From an uncultured Chloroflexia bacterium (GTDB lineage: Bacteria; Chloroflexota; Limnocylindria; Limnocylindrales; CSP1-4): a stretch of DNA of 64,000 nt. Below the pieces are notes generated by a model. The model was not told where the DNA came from, searched no databases, and saw only the letters and a list, made by a program, of their open reading frames with translations. Shown here one piece after another: positions 20,055 to 28,239 of the stretch. A program made the position numbers and the translations under genes. The stretch's first letter is position 1. Every line of letters starts with the position of its first letter. The stretch covers positions 2,016,001-2,080,000 of the forward strand of contig OY970218.1 in NCBI GenBank assembly GCA_963713975.1, given 5' to 3'.

Positions 20055-21860
20055 ATGACCACCGTCAATACCACCGGACGTTTCGTGGGCGACTGGCCGC
20101 GGATCGGCATCCGTCCCGCCGTGGACGGCCGGATGCACGGCGTGCGCGAGTCGCTCGAGGAGCAGACACGGGCGATGGCCCTCCGGACCGCGGACCTGCT
20201 CCGGGCAAGCCTGCGGTACCCGGATGGGACGCCCGTGGAGGTCGTCGTCCCGGACCACAACATCGGTGGCGTGTACGAGGCGGCCAAGGTCGCCGAGCTG
20301 TTCCGCAAGGAGGGCGTGGGCGTCTCGATCACCATCACGCCCTGCTGGTGCTACGGCTCCGAGACGATGGACATGGACCCCCTGACGCCCAAGGCGGTCT
20401 GGGGCTTCAACGGCACCGAGCGCCCGGGCGCCGTGTACCTCGCCGCGGTGCTCGCCGCACACACCCAGAAGGGCCTCCCCGCGTTCGGGATCTACGGGCG
20501 CGACGTCCAGGACGCCAGCGATGGCACGATCCCGGACGACGTCGCGGTCAAGCTCCTGCGGTTCGCGAAGGCGGGGATGGCCGCCGCGATCCTGCGCGGC
20601 AAGTCGTACCTGTCCCTGGGCGGCGTGTCGATGGGCATCGCCGGGTCGATCGTGGACCAGCCGTTCTTCGAGAAGTACCTCGGCATGCGTGTCGAAGCCG
20701 TCGACATGTCCGAGATCTACCGCCGGCTCGAGGAGGAGATCTACGACCCGGTCGAGTTCGAGAAGGGCCTTGCCTGGGCCAAGACGAACTGCACCGAGGG
20801 TCGGGACATCAATGTCCCCGCGAAGCAGAAGACCCGCGAGGGGCTCGACGCCGACTGGGCCACGGTCGTCAAGATGTTCCTCATCGCGCGCGACCTGCTG
20901 GTGGGCAATCCGAGGCTTGCCGAGCTCGGGTTCCCCGAGGAGGCCCTGGGTCGCAACGCCATCCTGGGTGGCTTCCAGGGCCAGCGTCACTGGACCGACC
21001 ACAGCCCCAACGGCGACTTCATGGAGGCCATCCTCAACTCGTCGTTCGACTGGAACGGCATCCGGGCGCCGCACATGTTCGCCACCGAGAACGACTCGCT
21101 CAACGGCACGACGATGCTGCTGATGTACCTGCTGACCAATCGGGCCCAGATCTTCGCGGACGTCCGGACGTTCTGGAGCGCGGACGCGGTGGAGCGGGTC
21201 ACGGGCTACAAGCCCGACGGCCTGGCCTCCGACGGCTTCATCCACCTGATCAACTCCGGCGCGGCCACCCTCGATGCCACGGGCGCGATGACCGACGCGG
21301 ACGGCAAGCCTGCGATGAAGCCGTTCTGGGAGATCACCGAGGGCGATGTCGGGGCCGCGCTCGCGGCGACGACCTGGTACCCGGCGGACCGGGGCTACTT
21401 CCGGGGTGGCGGGTACTCCAGCCAGTTTGTGTCCAAGGGCGGTATGCCCGTGACCATGGCTCGCGTGAACCTCGTCAGCGGCGTTGGCCCCGTCCTCCAG
21501 ATCGCCGAGGGCTGGACCGTGGAGCTCCCCACAGAGGTCCACGACATCCTCGACCAGCGGACCAACCCCACCTGGCCGACCCACTGGTTCGTGCCGCGGA
21601 CCACGGGCATGGGCCCCTTCCGCGACGTCTACACCGTGATGGCCAACTGGGCCGCCAACCACGGCGCCATCAGCTACGGCCACATCGGTGCGGACCTGAT
21701 CAGCCTCGCCTCGGTCCTGCGGATCCCGGTCCACATGCACAACGTGCCGGAGGAGGACGTCTTCCGACCGTCCGCGTGGGCGAACCTGGGCACCGCCGAT
21801 CCCGAGGGCGCGGACTTCCGCGCCTGTGCCAACTTCGGTCCGCTGTACGGCCGCAAGTAG
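20055..21860 (+). CDS. fucI: L-fucose isomerase
   Basis: [53 protein letters not shown] and ANHG. Confidence 0.96.
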   Translation: MTTVNTTGRFVGDWPRIGIRPAVDGRMHGVRESLEEQTRAMALRTADLLRASLRYPDGTPVEVVVPDHNIGGVYEAAKVAELFRKEGVGVSITITPCWCYGSETMDMDPLTPKAVWGFNGTERPGAVYLAAVLAAHTQKGLPAFGIYGRDVQDASDGTIPDDVAVKLLRFAKAGMAAAILRGKSYLSLGGVSMGIAGSIVDQPFFEKYLGMRVEAVDMSEIYRRLEEEIYDPVEFEKGLAWAKTNCTEGRDINVPAKQKTREGLDADWATVVKMFLIARDLLVGNPRLAELGFPEEALGRNAILGGFQGQRHWTDHSPNGDFMEAILNSSFDWNGIRAPHMFATENDSLNGTTMLLMYLLTNRAQIFADVRTFWSADAVERVTGYKPDGLASDGFIHLINSGAATLDATGAMTDADGKPAMKPFWEITEGDVGAALAATTWYPADRGYFRGGGYSSQFVSKGGMPVTMARVNLVSGVGPVLQIAEGWTVELPTEVHDILDQRTNPTWPTHWFVPRTTGMGPFRDVYTVMANWAANHGAISYGHIGADLISLASVLRIPVHMHNVPEEDVFRPSAWANLGTADPEGADFRACANFGPLYGRK

Positions 21861-21882
21861 CGCTCGCTCCGCTCCTCCTCCA

Positions 21883-21921
21883 GCCGAGGCCCCCACCCGC
21901 TCCGCGGGTGGGGGCTTCGGC
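21883..21921. terminator. Bidirectional hairpin between convergent fucI and lacI
   Basis: GCCGAGGCCCCCACCCGC-TCC-GCGGGTGGGGGCTTCGGC. Confidence 0.7.
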
Positions 21922-21934
21922 GCGTCCGGCCGGG

Positions 21935-22957
21935 CTACGTGCCCGGAGACCCATCCGTGCCGAGCCGGCCCCCGCTCGATCGGCGCACCACGAGCTCCGT
22001 TGGCAGCACCTCGTCGCGGGTCGGTCCATCCGGGTCCGCCTGGCGCTCCAGGAGTACCGAGACGGCCCGTCGCCCGATCTCCGCGGCCGGCTGTGCGATC
22101 ACGGTCAGGAACGGGAAGGTGACCATCGCCCGGGGCAGGTCGTCGAAGCCCACGACAGCCACGTCGTCGGGGACCCGGAGCCCGAGCTCGTCGAGGGCGT
22201 GCAGGACGCCGATGGCGATGAAGTTGTTGGTTGCGAACAGCGCCGTCGGTGCCGGCTCACGCTGCATCGCGGCCAGGGCCATGTCGTGGCCGCTCTCGAT
22301 CGAGAAGGCGCCGTGGATGACGACGGGTTCGCCGAGCCCGGCCTCGTCCACCACGGCGCGGCGGAAGCCGGCGACCCGGTCGACCGCGGTGGGGACCGAC
22401 GCAGGTCCCGAGAGCACGGCGAGGTGCTGATGTCCGAGCCCGACGAGCAGTTGGCCGAGCTCGCGCGCCCCGCCCTCGGAGTCTGCCCGGACCACGTCCA
22501 CGTCCGCAGCCTGCGGTCGCCGGTCCACGACCACCAGCGGGACGCCACGGTCACGACACAGGCGCACGGTCCCTGCGCCGGTAGCGGCCGGCACGAGCAG
22601 CAGGCCGTCGACCTGTCGTTGCAGCAGCAGGGCGGCCAACCGCGCCTCCTCGTCCTCGCGTTCGTCACTGTTGGCCAGCAGCATCGAGATCCCCGCTTCT
22701 CGGGCCGCGGTCTCGACGCCCTGGGCGAGCGTGGTGAAGAACGGGTTCGTCATGTCCGGCAGGAGCAGCGCGATCGTGTCGGTCCGGTTCGTCCGCAGGT
22801 TTCGGGCCACGGTGTTCGGCATGTAGCCCGTCTCCGTGAGCGCCGCCTCCACCCGGGCCCGGAGCTTCGGGCTCACCGATCCGGACCCGTTGACCACCCG
22901 GGACACCGTCATGGGCGAGACGCCGGCCCGCCGTGCGACATCGGTCAGGTTCGCCAT
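21935..22957 (-). CDS. LacI-family transcriptional regulator (close paralog of 18498-19556)
   Basis: MANLTDVARRAGVSPMTVSRVVN; last gene of the epimerase-kinase-nucleotidyltransferase operon. Confidence 0.92.
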   Translation of the reverse strand: MANLTDVARRAGVSPMTVSRVVNGSGSVSPKLRARVEAALTETGYMPNTVARNLRTNRTDTIALLLPDMTNPFFTTLAQGVETAAREAGISMLLANSDEREDEEARLAALLLQRQVDGLLLVPAATGAGTVRLCRDRGVPLVVVDRRPQAADVDVVRADSEGGARELGQLLVGLGHQHLAVLSGPASVPTAVDRVAGFRRAVVDEAGLGEPVVIHGAFSIESGHDMALAAMQREPAPTALFATNNFIAIGVLHALDELGLRVPDDVAVVGFDDLPRAMVTFPFLTVIAQPAAEIGRRAVSVLLERQADPDGPTRDEVLPTELVVRRSSGGRLGTDGSPGT

Positions 22958-22961
22958 GACC

Positions 22962-23867
22962 CTAGAACCCCCGGAGCTTCGTGCTCGATCTTGCCGGCAG
23001 TCCCGCGTGCGGCAGGCGCTGGAGCACCACGTACTCGATACCGTGCTCGCGGCAGAAGTCGGCCTTCTCCGGCTGGTCGCCGTCCTCGTTGACGACATAG
23101 CGGGCGGGCCGGATCCTGGCGATCTCGGGCTCCGCGTCCATCCAGCCAGAGCCCGACGAGACGACACACTGGTGGACGCTGCGCACGGCGCCGACCATGT
23201 ACTGCCGCTCCTGCTCGCGCTGCAGCGGATGCCCCGGACCCTTGAGGAGCTCCACGTTCCGGTCACTGCCGACGACCGCGTACAGCGCGCCGTAGGCCGC
23301 GGCGTCCATGAAGAACCGGATGTGGCCCGAGTGCAGCCAGTCGTAGCAGCCGGTGATCACGACGCGTGGAATGTCGGCAGCTGGCGGCGTGGGATCGGGG
23401 ATCGGGAAGCCTGCGCGGTCCGATGGCGAGATCGTCCGATACGCGACGCCGCGCTCGCCAGCCGCGGCCCGGAGCCCCGCATCGTCGTCCTCGGTGCGGA
23501 CCACGAGCGTGGCCGCCCGGGCGGCAAGCATGTCCATGTCCTCGGCCACGGGCCGGTCGACGACCTCGACGCGCTCGACCCAGCGGATGGACTCCGCGAG
23601 GAACCGACGCTCGGCGACGGGGAAGGCGGGCGGCGAGCCCGTGACGGCGGCCAGGAGCGCATCGGACGGGACGCGGACATGGAGCGGACCCAGCGCGGCG
23701 GCCTCCTGGAGGAAGCGGACGTCACCGGAACGGAGGTTGTCCAGGCTCGCCTCGACGACCACGGGCGCGCGCTCAGGCGCGACCACGGGCGCGCGCTCAG
23801 GCGCGACCACGGGCGCGCGCTCAGGCGCGACCACGGGCGCGCGCTCAGGCGCGGGATCCGTCGTCAC
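22962..23867 (-). CDS. Tandem-domain cytidylyltransferase-like (HxGH) nucleotidyltransferase
   Basis: C-domain TGCYDWLHSGH..GSD..LKG..ER and terminal RSST. The N-domain is a degenerate copy (ASLDNLRSGD..SD..ER). GTG start overlaps the kinase stop (GTGA). Confidence 0.8.
   Translation of the reverse strand: MTTDPAPERAPVVAPERAPVVAPERAPVVAPERAPVVVEASLDNLRSGDVRFLQEAAALGPLHVRVPSDALLAAVTGSPPAFPVAERRFLAESIRWVERVEVVDRPVAEDMDMLAARAATLVVRTEDDDAGLRAAAGERGVAYRTISPSDRAGFPIPDPTPPAADIPRVVITGCYDWLHSGHIRFFMDAAAYGALYAVVGSDRNVELLKGPGHPLQREQERQYMVGAVRSVHQCVVSSGSGWMDAEPEIARIRPARYVVNEDGDQPEKADFCREHGIEYVVLQRLPHAGLPARSSTKLRGF
23756..23851. repeat. Perfect 24-bp tandem repeat x4 encoding (APERAPVV)4
   Basis: CGACCACGGGCGCGCGCTCAGGCG starting at 23756, 23780, 23804 and 23828. 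Confidence 0.95.
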
Positions 23868-24712
23868 GCGCGGCGCACCGCGATCCGCGCCGAACCTGCG
23901 GGCGGCTCCTCGGACGCCACGATCACGTAGCCGCCACCGCAGCCGGACAGCATCGCGCCGGCGTGCTCGGCGGCATAGGCGCCCACCAGGCCGAGGAGGT
24001 CGATGGTGATCGTGGGGTGCGCGTAGACCTGCGGCAGGAGGGCGTCCCAGGACCGGGTGCACTCGTTGAGCGACTCGCCGAGCGCCGGGAGGTCCATGGC
24101 CACGATCGCGTCGTAGCAGGCCTTCCCACTGGCGCTGAGGCGGGCCACCCACGCGGGATCAAGGCGCTTGTCCCCGAGCGGGCCGTAGCCCGGTGGGCGC
24201 TGCCCGATCGGGACCAGGTGGATGACCCGTTCCAGCCACGCTGCCACCGCGGGGTCCACGGTGGACTCAACGTGGGCCGGGAACCAGCCGCCATCCACGG
24301 TGGCGTCGTAGTCCAGCCGGCTGACGCCGGGGTAGATGAGCCCGCACATGTCCTGTGACCCGGAGGGCTCGATGAGATTGGCGTTCTCGGCCACGTAGAG
24401 CTCGCGGACCAGGCCGGCCGGCGCCCGGTTGGCCGGGAGGTAGTCACCCCACAGCGCCCTGGCGGCGGCCCTCGTGCCGGTCGCCATCCCGCAGCGGTCC
24501 ATGTAGCGGACCGTGGGCTCCAGCGAGACGACCACCATCGATCCCGGTGGCTCCGGGTTGATCGAGGACAGGAACGGCTGGTCGATCCAGCCCCCGGCCA
24601 TCTGCAGCCGGTAGGGCAGGGGACCGATCGCCCCCTCGAGAGCGGAGGGCATGCCGGTGGTCGGGGAGGTGGCGTTGGTCGGGGAGACTCCGCTCGTGGC
24701 CGACCCGGTCAT
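23864..24712 (-). CDS. Atypical GHMP-family sugar kinase (fucokinase/HddA-related)
   Basis: PYRLQMAGGWIDQP (motif I), SGSQD and LSGCGGGY (motif III); the GSGLGSS loop is replaced by RCGMATGT. Confidence 0.72.
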   Translation of the reverse strand: MTGSATSGVSPTNATSPTTGMPSALEGAIGPLPYRLQMAGGWIDQPFLSSINPEPPGSMVVVSLEPTVRYMDRCGMATGTRAAARALWGDYLPANRAPAGLVRELYVAENANLIEPSGSQDMCGLIYPGVSRLDYDATVDGGWFPAHVESTVDPAVAAWLERVIHLVPIGQRPPGYGPLGDKRLDPAWVARLSASGKACYDAIVAMDLPALGESLNECTRSWDALLPQVYAHPTITIDLLGLVGAYAAEHAGAMLSGCGGGYVIVASEEPPAGSARIAVRRA

Positions 24713-24717
24713 CGTCG

Positions 24718-25779
24718 TCAGCCCTCGACGACGCGCTTGCCGGCCTTGCGGTCGGCGTACTGGTCGGCGATCCAGGCATAGGTCTCGGCCATGCCGTCGC
24801 GGAGCGGCGTGTTGGGCTCCCAGCCCAGGACCTGCTGGATGAAGGTGTTGTCGCTGTTGCGGCCCGCGACGCCCTTGGGTGCATCCAGCTTGTAGGTGCG
24901 CTCCAGCTTCACGTCCGCGATCTCCTCGACCATCGAGACCAGCTCGTTGATCGAGACGAGCTCGCTGGAGCCCAGGTTGATCGGCGTGGCGATCAGGTCC
25001 GGGCTGTGCATGATCCGGTCGATGCCGTGGACGCAGTCGTCGATGTAGCAGAAGCTGCGGGTCTGGGTGCCGTCGCCCCAGATCTCGATCCGCATGTCGC
25101 CGCTGTCCTGGGCCTCGATCACCTTGCGGCACATGGCCGCCGGCGCCTTCTCGCGGCCACCGAACCAGGTGCCGTTGGGGCCGTAGATGTTGTGGAAGCG
25201 CGCGATGTGGGTCTCGAGACCGCGCTCCGCCCAGTACTCCTCGCAGAACATCTCGGAGATCAGCTTCTCCCAGCCGTAGCCGCGCTCGGCCATCGCCGGG
25301 TAGGCGTCGGACTCCTTGAGCGCGATCACCTCGGGCGTCTTCTGGAGGTCCGTGTTGTAGGCGCAGGCCGACGAGGAGAAGAAGTAGCGCGAGGCGCCGG
25401 CCCGGTAGGAGGCCTCGGTCAGGTGGGTGTTGACGAGGATGCTGCGCAGGCATTCGACGCGGAAGTTCTCGATGAAGCCCATGCCGCCCATGTCGGCCGC
25501 CAGGTTGTAGACCTCCACGGCACCCTTGACGGCGTCGATGGCGTTCTGCTCGTGGCTCAGGTCCATCGAGATGGACTCGACGCCCGGCACCCGCAGGTAC
25601 CAGTCCGGGAGGGGCTTGCGATCGATGGCCCGGATGTTGGTGTAGCCCTGCTCCGCGAAGTAGCGCGTCAGCGAGCCTGCGATGAAGCCGCCGGCGCCTG
25701 CGATGACGATCAGGTCGTCCTTGGCGAGGCCGCGGCTGACCGTCGTGCCGGGGATGGTGTCGTTGAACTCGGTCGTCAT
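24718..25779 (-). CDS. gme: GDP-mannose 3',5'-epimerase
   Basis: GAGGFI, LAADMGGMGFI, SSSAC (catalytic Cys), YGWEK, RFHNIYGP.GTW.GGREKAPAA (catalytic Lys), WGDG.QTRSF and GRNSDN, all GME signatures. Confidence 0.88.
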   Translation of the reverse strand: MTTEFNDTIPGTTVSRGLAKDDLIVIAGAGGFIAGSLTRYFAEQGYTNIRAIDRKPLPDWYLRVPGVESISMDLSHEQNAIDAVKGAVEVYNLAADMGGMGFIENFRVECLRSILVNTHLTEASYRAGASRYFFSSSACAYNTDLQKTPEVIALKESDAYPAMAERGYGWEKLISEMFCEEYWAERGLETHIARFHNIYGPNGTWFGGREKAPAAMCRKVIEAQDSGDMRIEIWGDGTQTRSFCYIDDCVHGIDRIMHSPDLIATPINLGSSELVSINELVSMVEEIADVKLERTYKLDAPKGVAGRNSDNTFIQQVLGWEPNTPLRDGMAETYAWIADQYADRKAGKRVVEG

Positions 25780-25845
25780 CGAGGTTCCTCTGGTCGGGTG
25801 CCAGGGGTCGAGCCCCGGGCGTCACTTCTGGTTTGTTTTCTCCTG

Positions 25846-25879
25846 TGGTAACGTTACCAAGCATTGCTCCAGTTGTCCA
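25846..25879 (-). promoter_or_regulatory. Promoter TGGACA-N17-TAACGT of the gme operon, overlapped by a perfect LacI-type operator
   Basis: -35 at 25879-25874 and -10 at 25856-25851; palindrome TGGTAACGTTACCA at 25846-25859 in the gme/manC divergent region. Confidence 0.8.
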
Positions 25880-25942
25880 TGCCTCAATTCCACCGGCTGC
25901 AGACCGACAGCCGGCCATCCACCAGGAACAGGCGGTGCACCG

Positions 25943-27091
25943 ATGTACGCAGTGATCCTCGCCGGCGGTGGAGGCACTCGCCTGTGGCCGCTCTCGCGCC
26001 CGGAACGACCGAAGCCGTTCCTGCCGCTGATCGGTGACCGGACGCTCCTCCAGCGGACGTGGGACCGGATCGTTCCGGAGCTGGTGGACGCGGGCGATGT
26101 GGCCGTGGTCACCGACCGCCGGTACGTGGGCATCGTCCGGGACCAGCTCCCGGACCTCCTCTCCGACATGCTCCTCGCGGAGCCCGTGGGGCGGAACACC
26201 GCGGCGGCGGTCGCGTTCGCGGCGGCTGCCCTCGAGCGCCCGGACGACGAGGTGATGCTCGTCCTGCCGGCCGACCACCTCGTCGCGGACGAGCCGGGGT
26301 TCCGGGACATCCTCCGGCGTGCGGCCACGCTCGCCGGACGGGCGGGTGCCGACGGCGGGCCCGGTCGTCTGGTCACCCTCGGCATCGCACCGGACGGTCC
26401 GGAGACCGGATACGGGTACATCGTGGCCGGCGACGAGATCCCCGGATCCGGGGCCGCGGTCGTCGTCTCCCGGTTCGTGGAGAAGCCGTCGGGCGCGAAC
26501 GCAGAGGCGATGCTCGCCGGCCCCGTCCCGGTCGCCTGGAACGCGGGCATCTTCCTGTGGCGGCGTGACGCGCTCCGGGCCGCGTTCGAGGCGGGCTCGC
26601 CCGACATCCTCGCGGACATAGGGGTCGGCGTCGCCGGTGGGGAAGCGGGGGGAGCAGCCGGCCTGGACGCCGCGTACGCCCGCGTCCGCCCGACCTCGAT
26701 CGACTACGCGGTTCTCGAGCCGGCTGCCGCGATGGGCGGCGTGGCGATGCTCAGCGCCGATGTCGGGTGGAGCGATCTCGGCAGCTGGAGCGCTCTCCGG
26801 GACGCCCTGCTTGCGCTCGCCGCGGACGGTGCCGGCGAGAGCGCGGCCCAGGGCGTCGTGGGCCGTGGCCCGCGCCGCGACATGGGTTCGCAGCGGACGC
26901 TGGTCCTGGCAGGCGATCGCCCGATCGTAACGATCGGGCTGCGGGACGTGATCGTGGTCGACGCCGGGGACGTGGTGCTGGTCGCCGCCGCCGACGCCTC
27001 GCAGCAGGTCAAGGTCGCGGCGGAGGCGTGGTCCGCGGCGGGCGGCGGCATCCGGGAGGCAGGCGGCGCGGCCGCGGAGGCGCGAAGATAG
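25943..27091 (+). CDS. manC: Mannose-1-phosphate guanylyltransferase
   Basis: VILAGG.GTRLWPLSR...PK, EP.GRNTA, PADH, PETGYGYI, FVEKP, WNAGIF, SIDYAVLE and GWSDLGSW. Confidence 0.92.
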   Translation: MYAVILAGGGGTRLWPLSRPERPKPFLPLIGDRTLLQRTWDRIVPELVDAGDVAVVTDRRYVGIVRDQLPDLLSDMLLAEPVGRNTAAAVAFAAAALERPDDEVMLVLPADHLVADEPGFRDILRRAATLAGRAGADGGPGRLVTLGIAPDGPETGYGYIVAGDEIPGSGAAVVVSRFVEKPSGANAEAMLAGPVPVAWNAGIFLWRRDALRAAFEAGSPDILADIGVGVAGGEAGGAAGLDAAYARVRPTSIDYAVLEPAAAMGGVAMLSADVGWSDLGSWSALRDALLALAADGAGESAAQGVVGRGPRRDMGSQRTLVLAGDRPIVTIGLRDVIVVDAGDVVLVAAADASQQVKVAAEAWSAAGGGIREAGGAAAEARR

Positions 27092-27149
27092 CGGGAGCGT
27101 CGCGATCAGGGACATGACGCGGCCAGCCACGGGACTCGCGGGAGGGGAC

Positions 27150-27992
27150 ATGCAGCTAAGCGACCGCAAGGTCTTCGCCCTCCTGGGCGAGGTGGTGGAC
27201 GGGAACCCCACCGAGGAGATGATCCAGGCCGCCTTCGGGGCGGTGGGGCTGCCGTGGAAATACGTCTCGATCCCGGTTCCGGCGGGGTCGTTCGAGGCGG
27301 CCTGGGCGGCCGCTCGCCGGCTGGGCTTCGCAGGCCTGAACGTCACCAAGCCGTACAAGATCGAGGCCGCCCGCCTCGCGGACCGCCTGACCCCCGCGGC
27401 GGCAGCGATGGGTGCCGTCAACTGCGTCTACCGCGAGGGCGCCGACCTCGTGGGCGACAACACGGATGGACGGGGGCTGGCCCGGGCCGTCGCCGATGTC
27501 CTCCGGATCGAAGGCACCTCCGTCATCGTGCTCGGCGCCGGCGGTGCGGCGCGGGCGGTCGCCGTGGAGCTGGCGTTCGCCGGCGCTCGCGAGATCGTGG
27601 TCGTGGCCCGTTCCGAGGCCGCCGGCCGCTCGCTGGTCGAGGCGATCACAGCCACCGGCACCGCGGCCCGGTTCGAGCCCTGGTCCGGGGTGGTGGCGGT
27701 TCCGGCGGGCTGTGACCTCCTCGTCAACGCGACGTCGGTCGGCATGTTCGACCCGGAGGAGCGACCGGCGGTGGACCTGTCGTCGGCGGGCACCGCGACG
27801 GTCGTCGCCGACGTGGTCATCGCCCCGAGGCCCACGTCCCTCCTCGCCGAGGCAGCCGGGCGGGGGCTCACGACCGTGCACGGGAACGAGATGCTGGTGC
27901 GCCAGGCGGCCATCGGGTTCGAGCTGTGGACCGGTCGCGAGGCGCCGCTGCCGGTTCTGCGGGCCACGCTGGCAGCCGCCCTGGACGGGTAG
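27150..27992 (+). CDS. Shikimate/quinate dehydrogenase-family protein (divergent substrate site)
   Basis: NVT.PYK, GAVN, NTDG, GAGGAA, NATSVGM and MLVRQA; ATG 27150 after GGAGG. Confidence 0.85.
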   Translation: MQLSDRKVFALLGEVVDGNPTEEMIQAAFGAVGLPWKYVSIPVPAGSFEAAWAAARRLGFAGLNVTKPYKIEAARLADRLTPAAAAMGAVNCVYREGADLVGDNTDGRGLARAVADVLRIEGTSVIVLGAGGAARAVAVELAFAGAREIVVVARSEAAGRSLVEAITATGTAARFEPWSGVVAVPAGCDLLVNATSVGMFDPEERPAVDLSSAGTATVVADVVIAPRPTSLLAEAAGRGLTTVHGNEMLVRQAAIGFELWTGREAPLPVLRATLAAALDG

Positions 27993-28056
27993 GTTCCGCC
28001 GTCGGCGGCTGGTGGACCGCGTCCGCATGACCCAATGGCGTGGGGTGCGCCGCTGG

Positions 28057-28186
28057 GAGGTTCAACCGTCGGGTCCGGTCCGGTTTGCGCCGCCTAGCGG
28101 CACGTCTGTCGGCTGGACCGGGCACGGGGAGCAACGAATGTGCCGCCTAGCGACTGAAACCTCGGTCCACCCAACAGTTGAACCTC
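28057..28186. mobile_element. 130-bp MITE/REP-like element with 49-bp imperfect inverted arms
   Basis: Both ends read GAGGTTCAACyGTyGGGT-N7-GGTTT..GyCGC..GCGGCACrT inward; the spacer is about 32 bp. Confidence 0.55.
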
Positions 28187-28239
28187 TGGGCGGCATGGAC
28201 CCCGGCCGCCCGGCGGGAGGTGCGTGCAGCGCAGGACCG

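Noticed and set aside
24718-27091. Ordinary O-antigen/capsule or ascorbate biosynthesis locus
   Set aside because: There is no glycosyltransferase, gmd, flippase or GDP-L-galactose phosphorylase nearby, and LacI control plus a salvage kinase argue for sugar utilisation. Not fully excluded.
23864-27421. 1185-aa minus-strand ORF as a giant fusion protein
   Set aside because: Only the last 282 codons (from ATG 24712) are protein-like. The rest is off-frame to gme and antisense to manC and the aroE-like gene.
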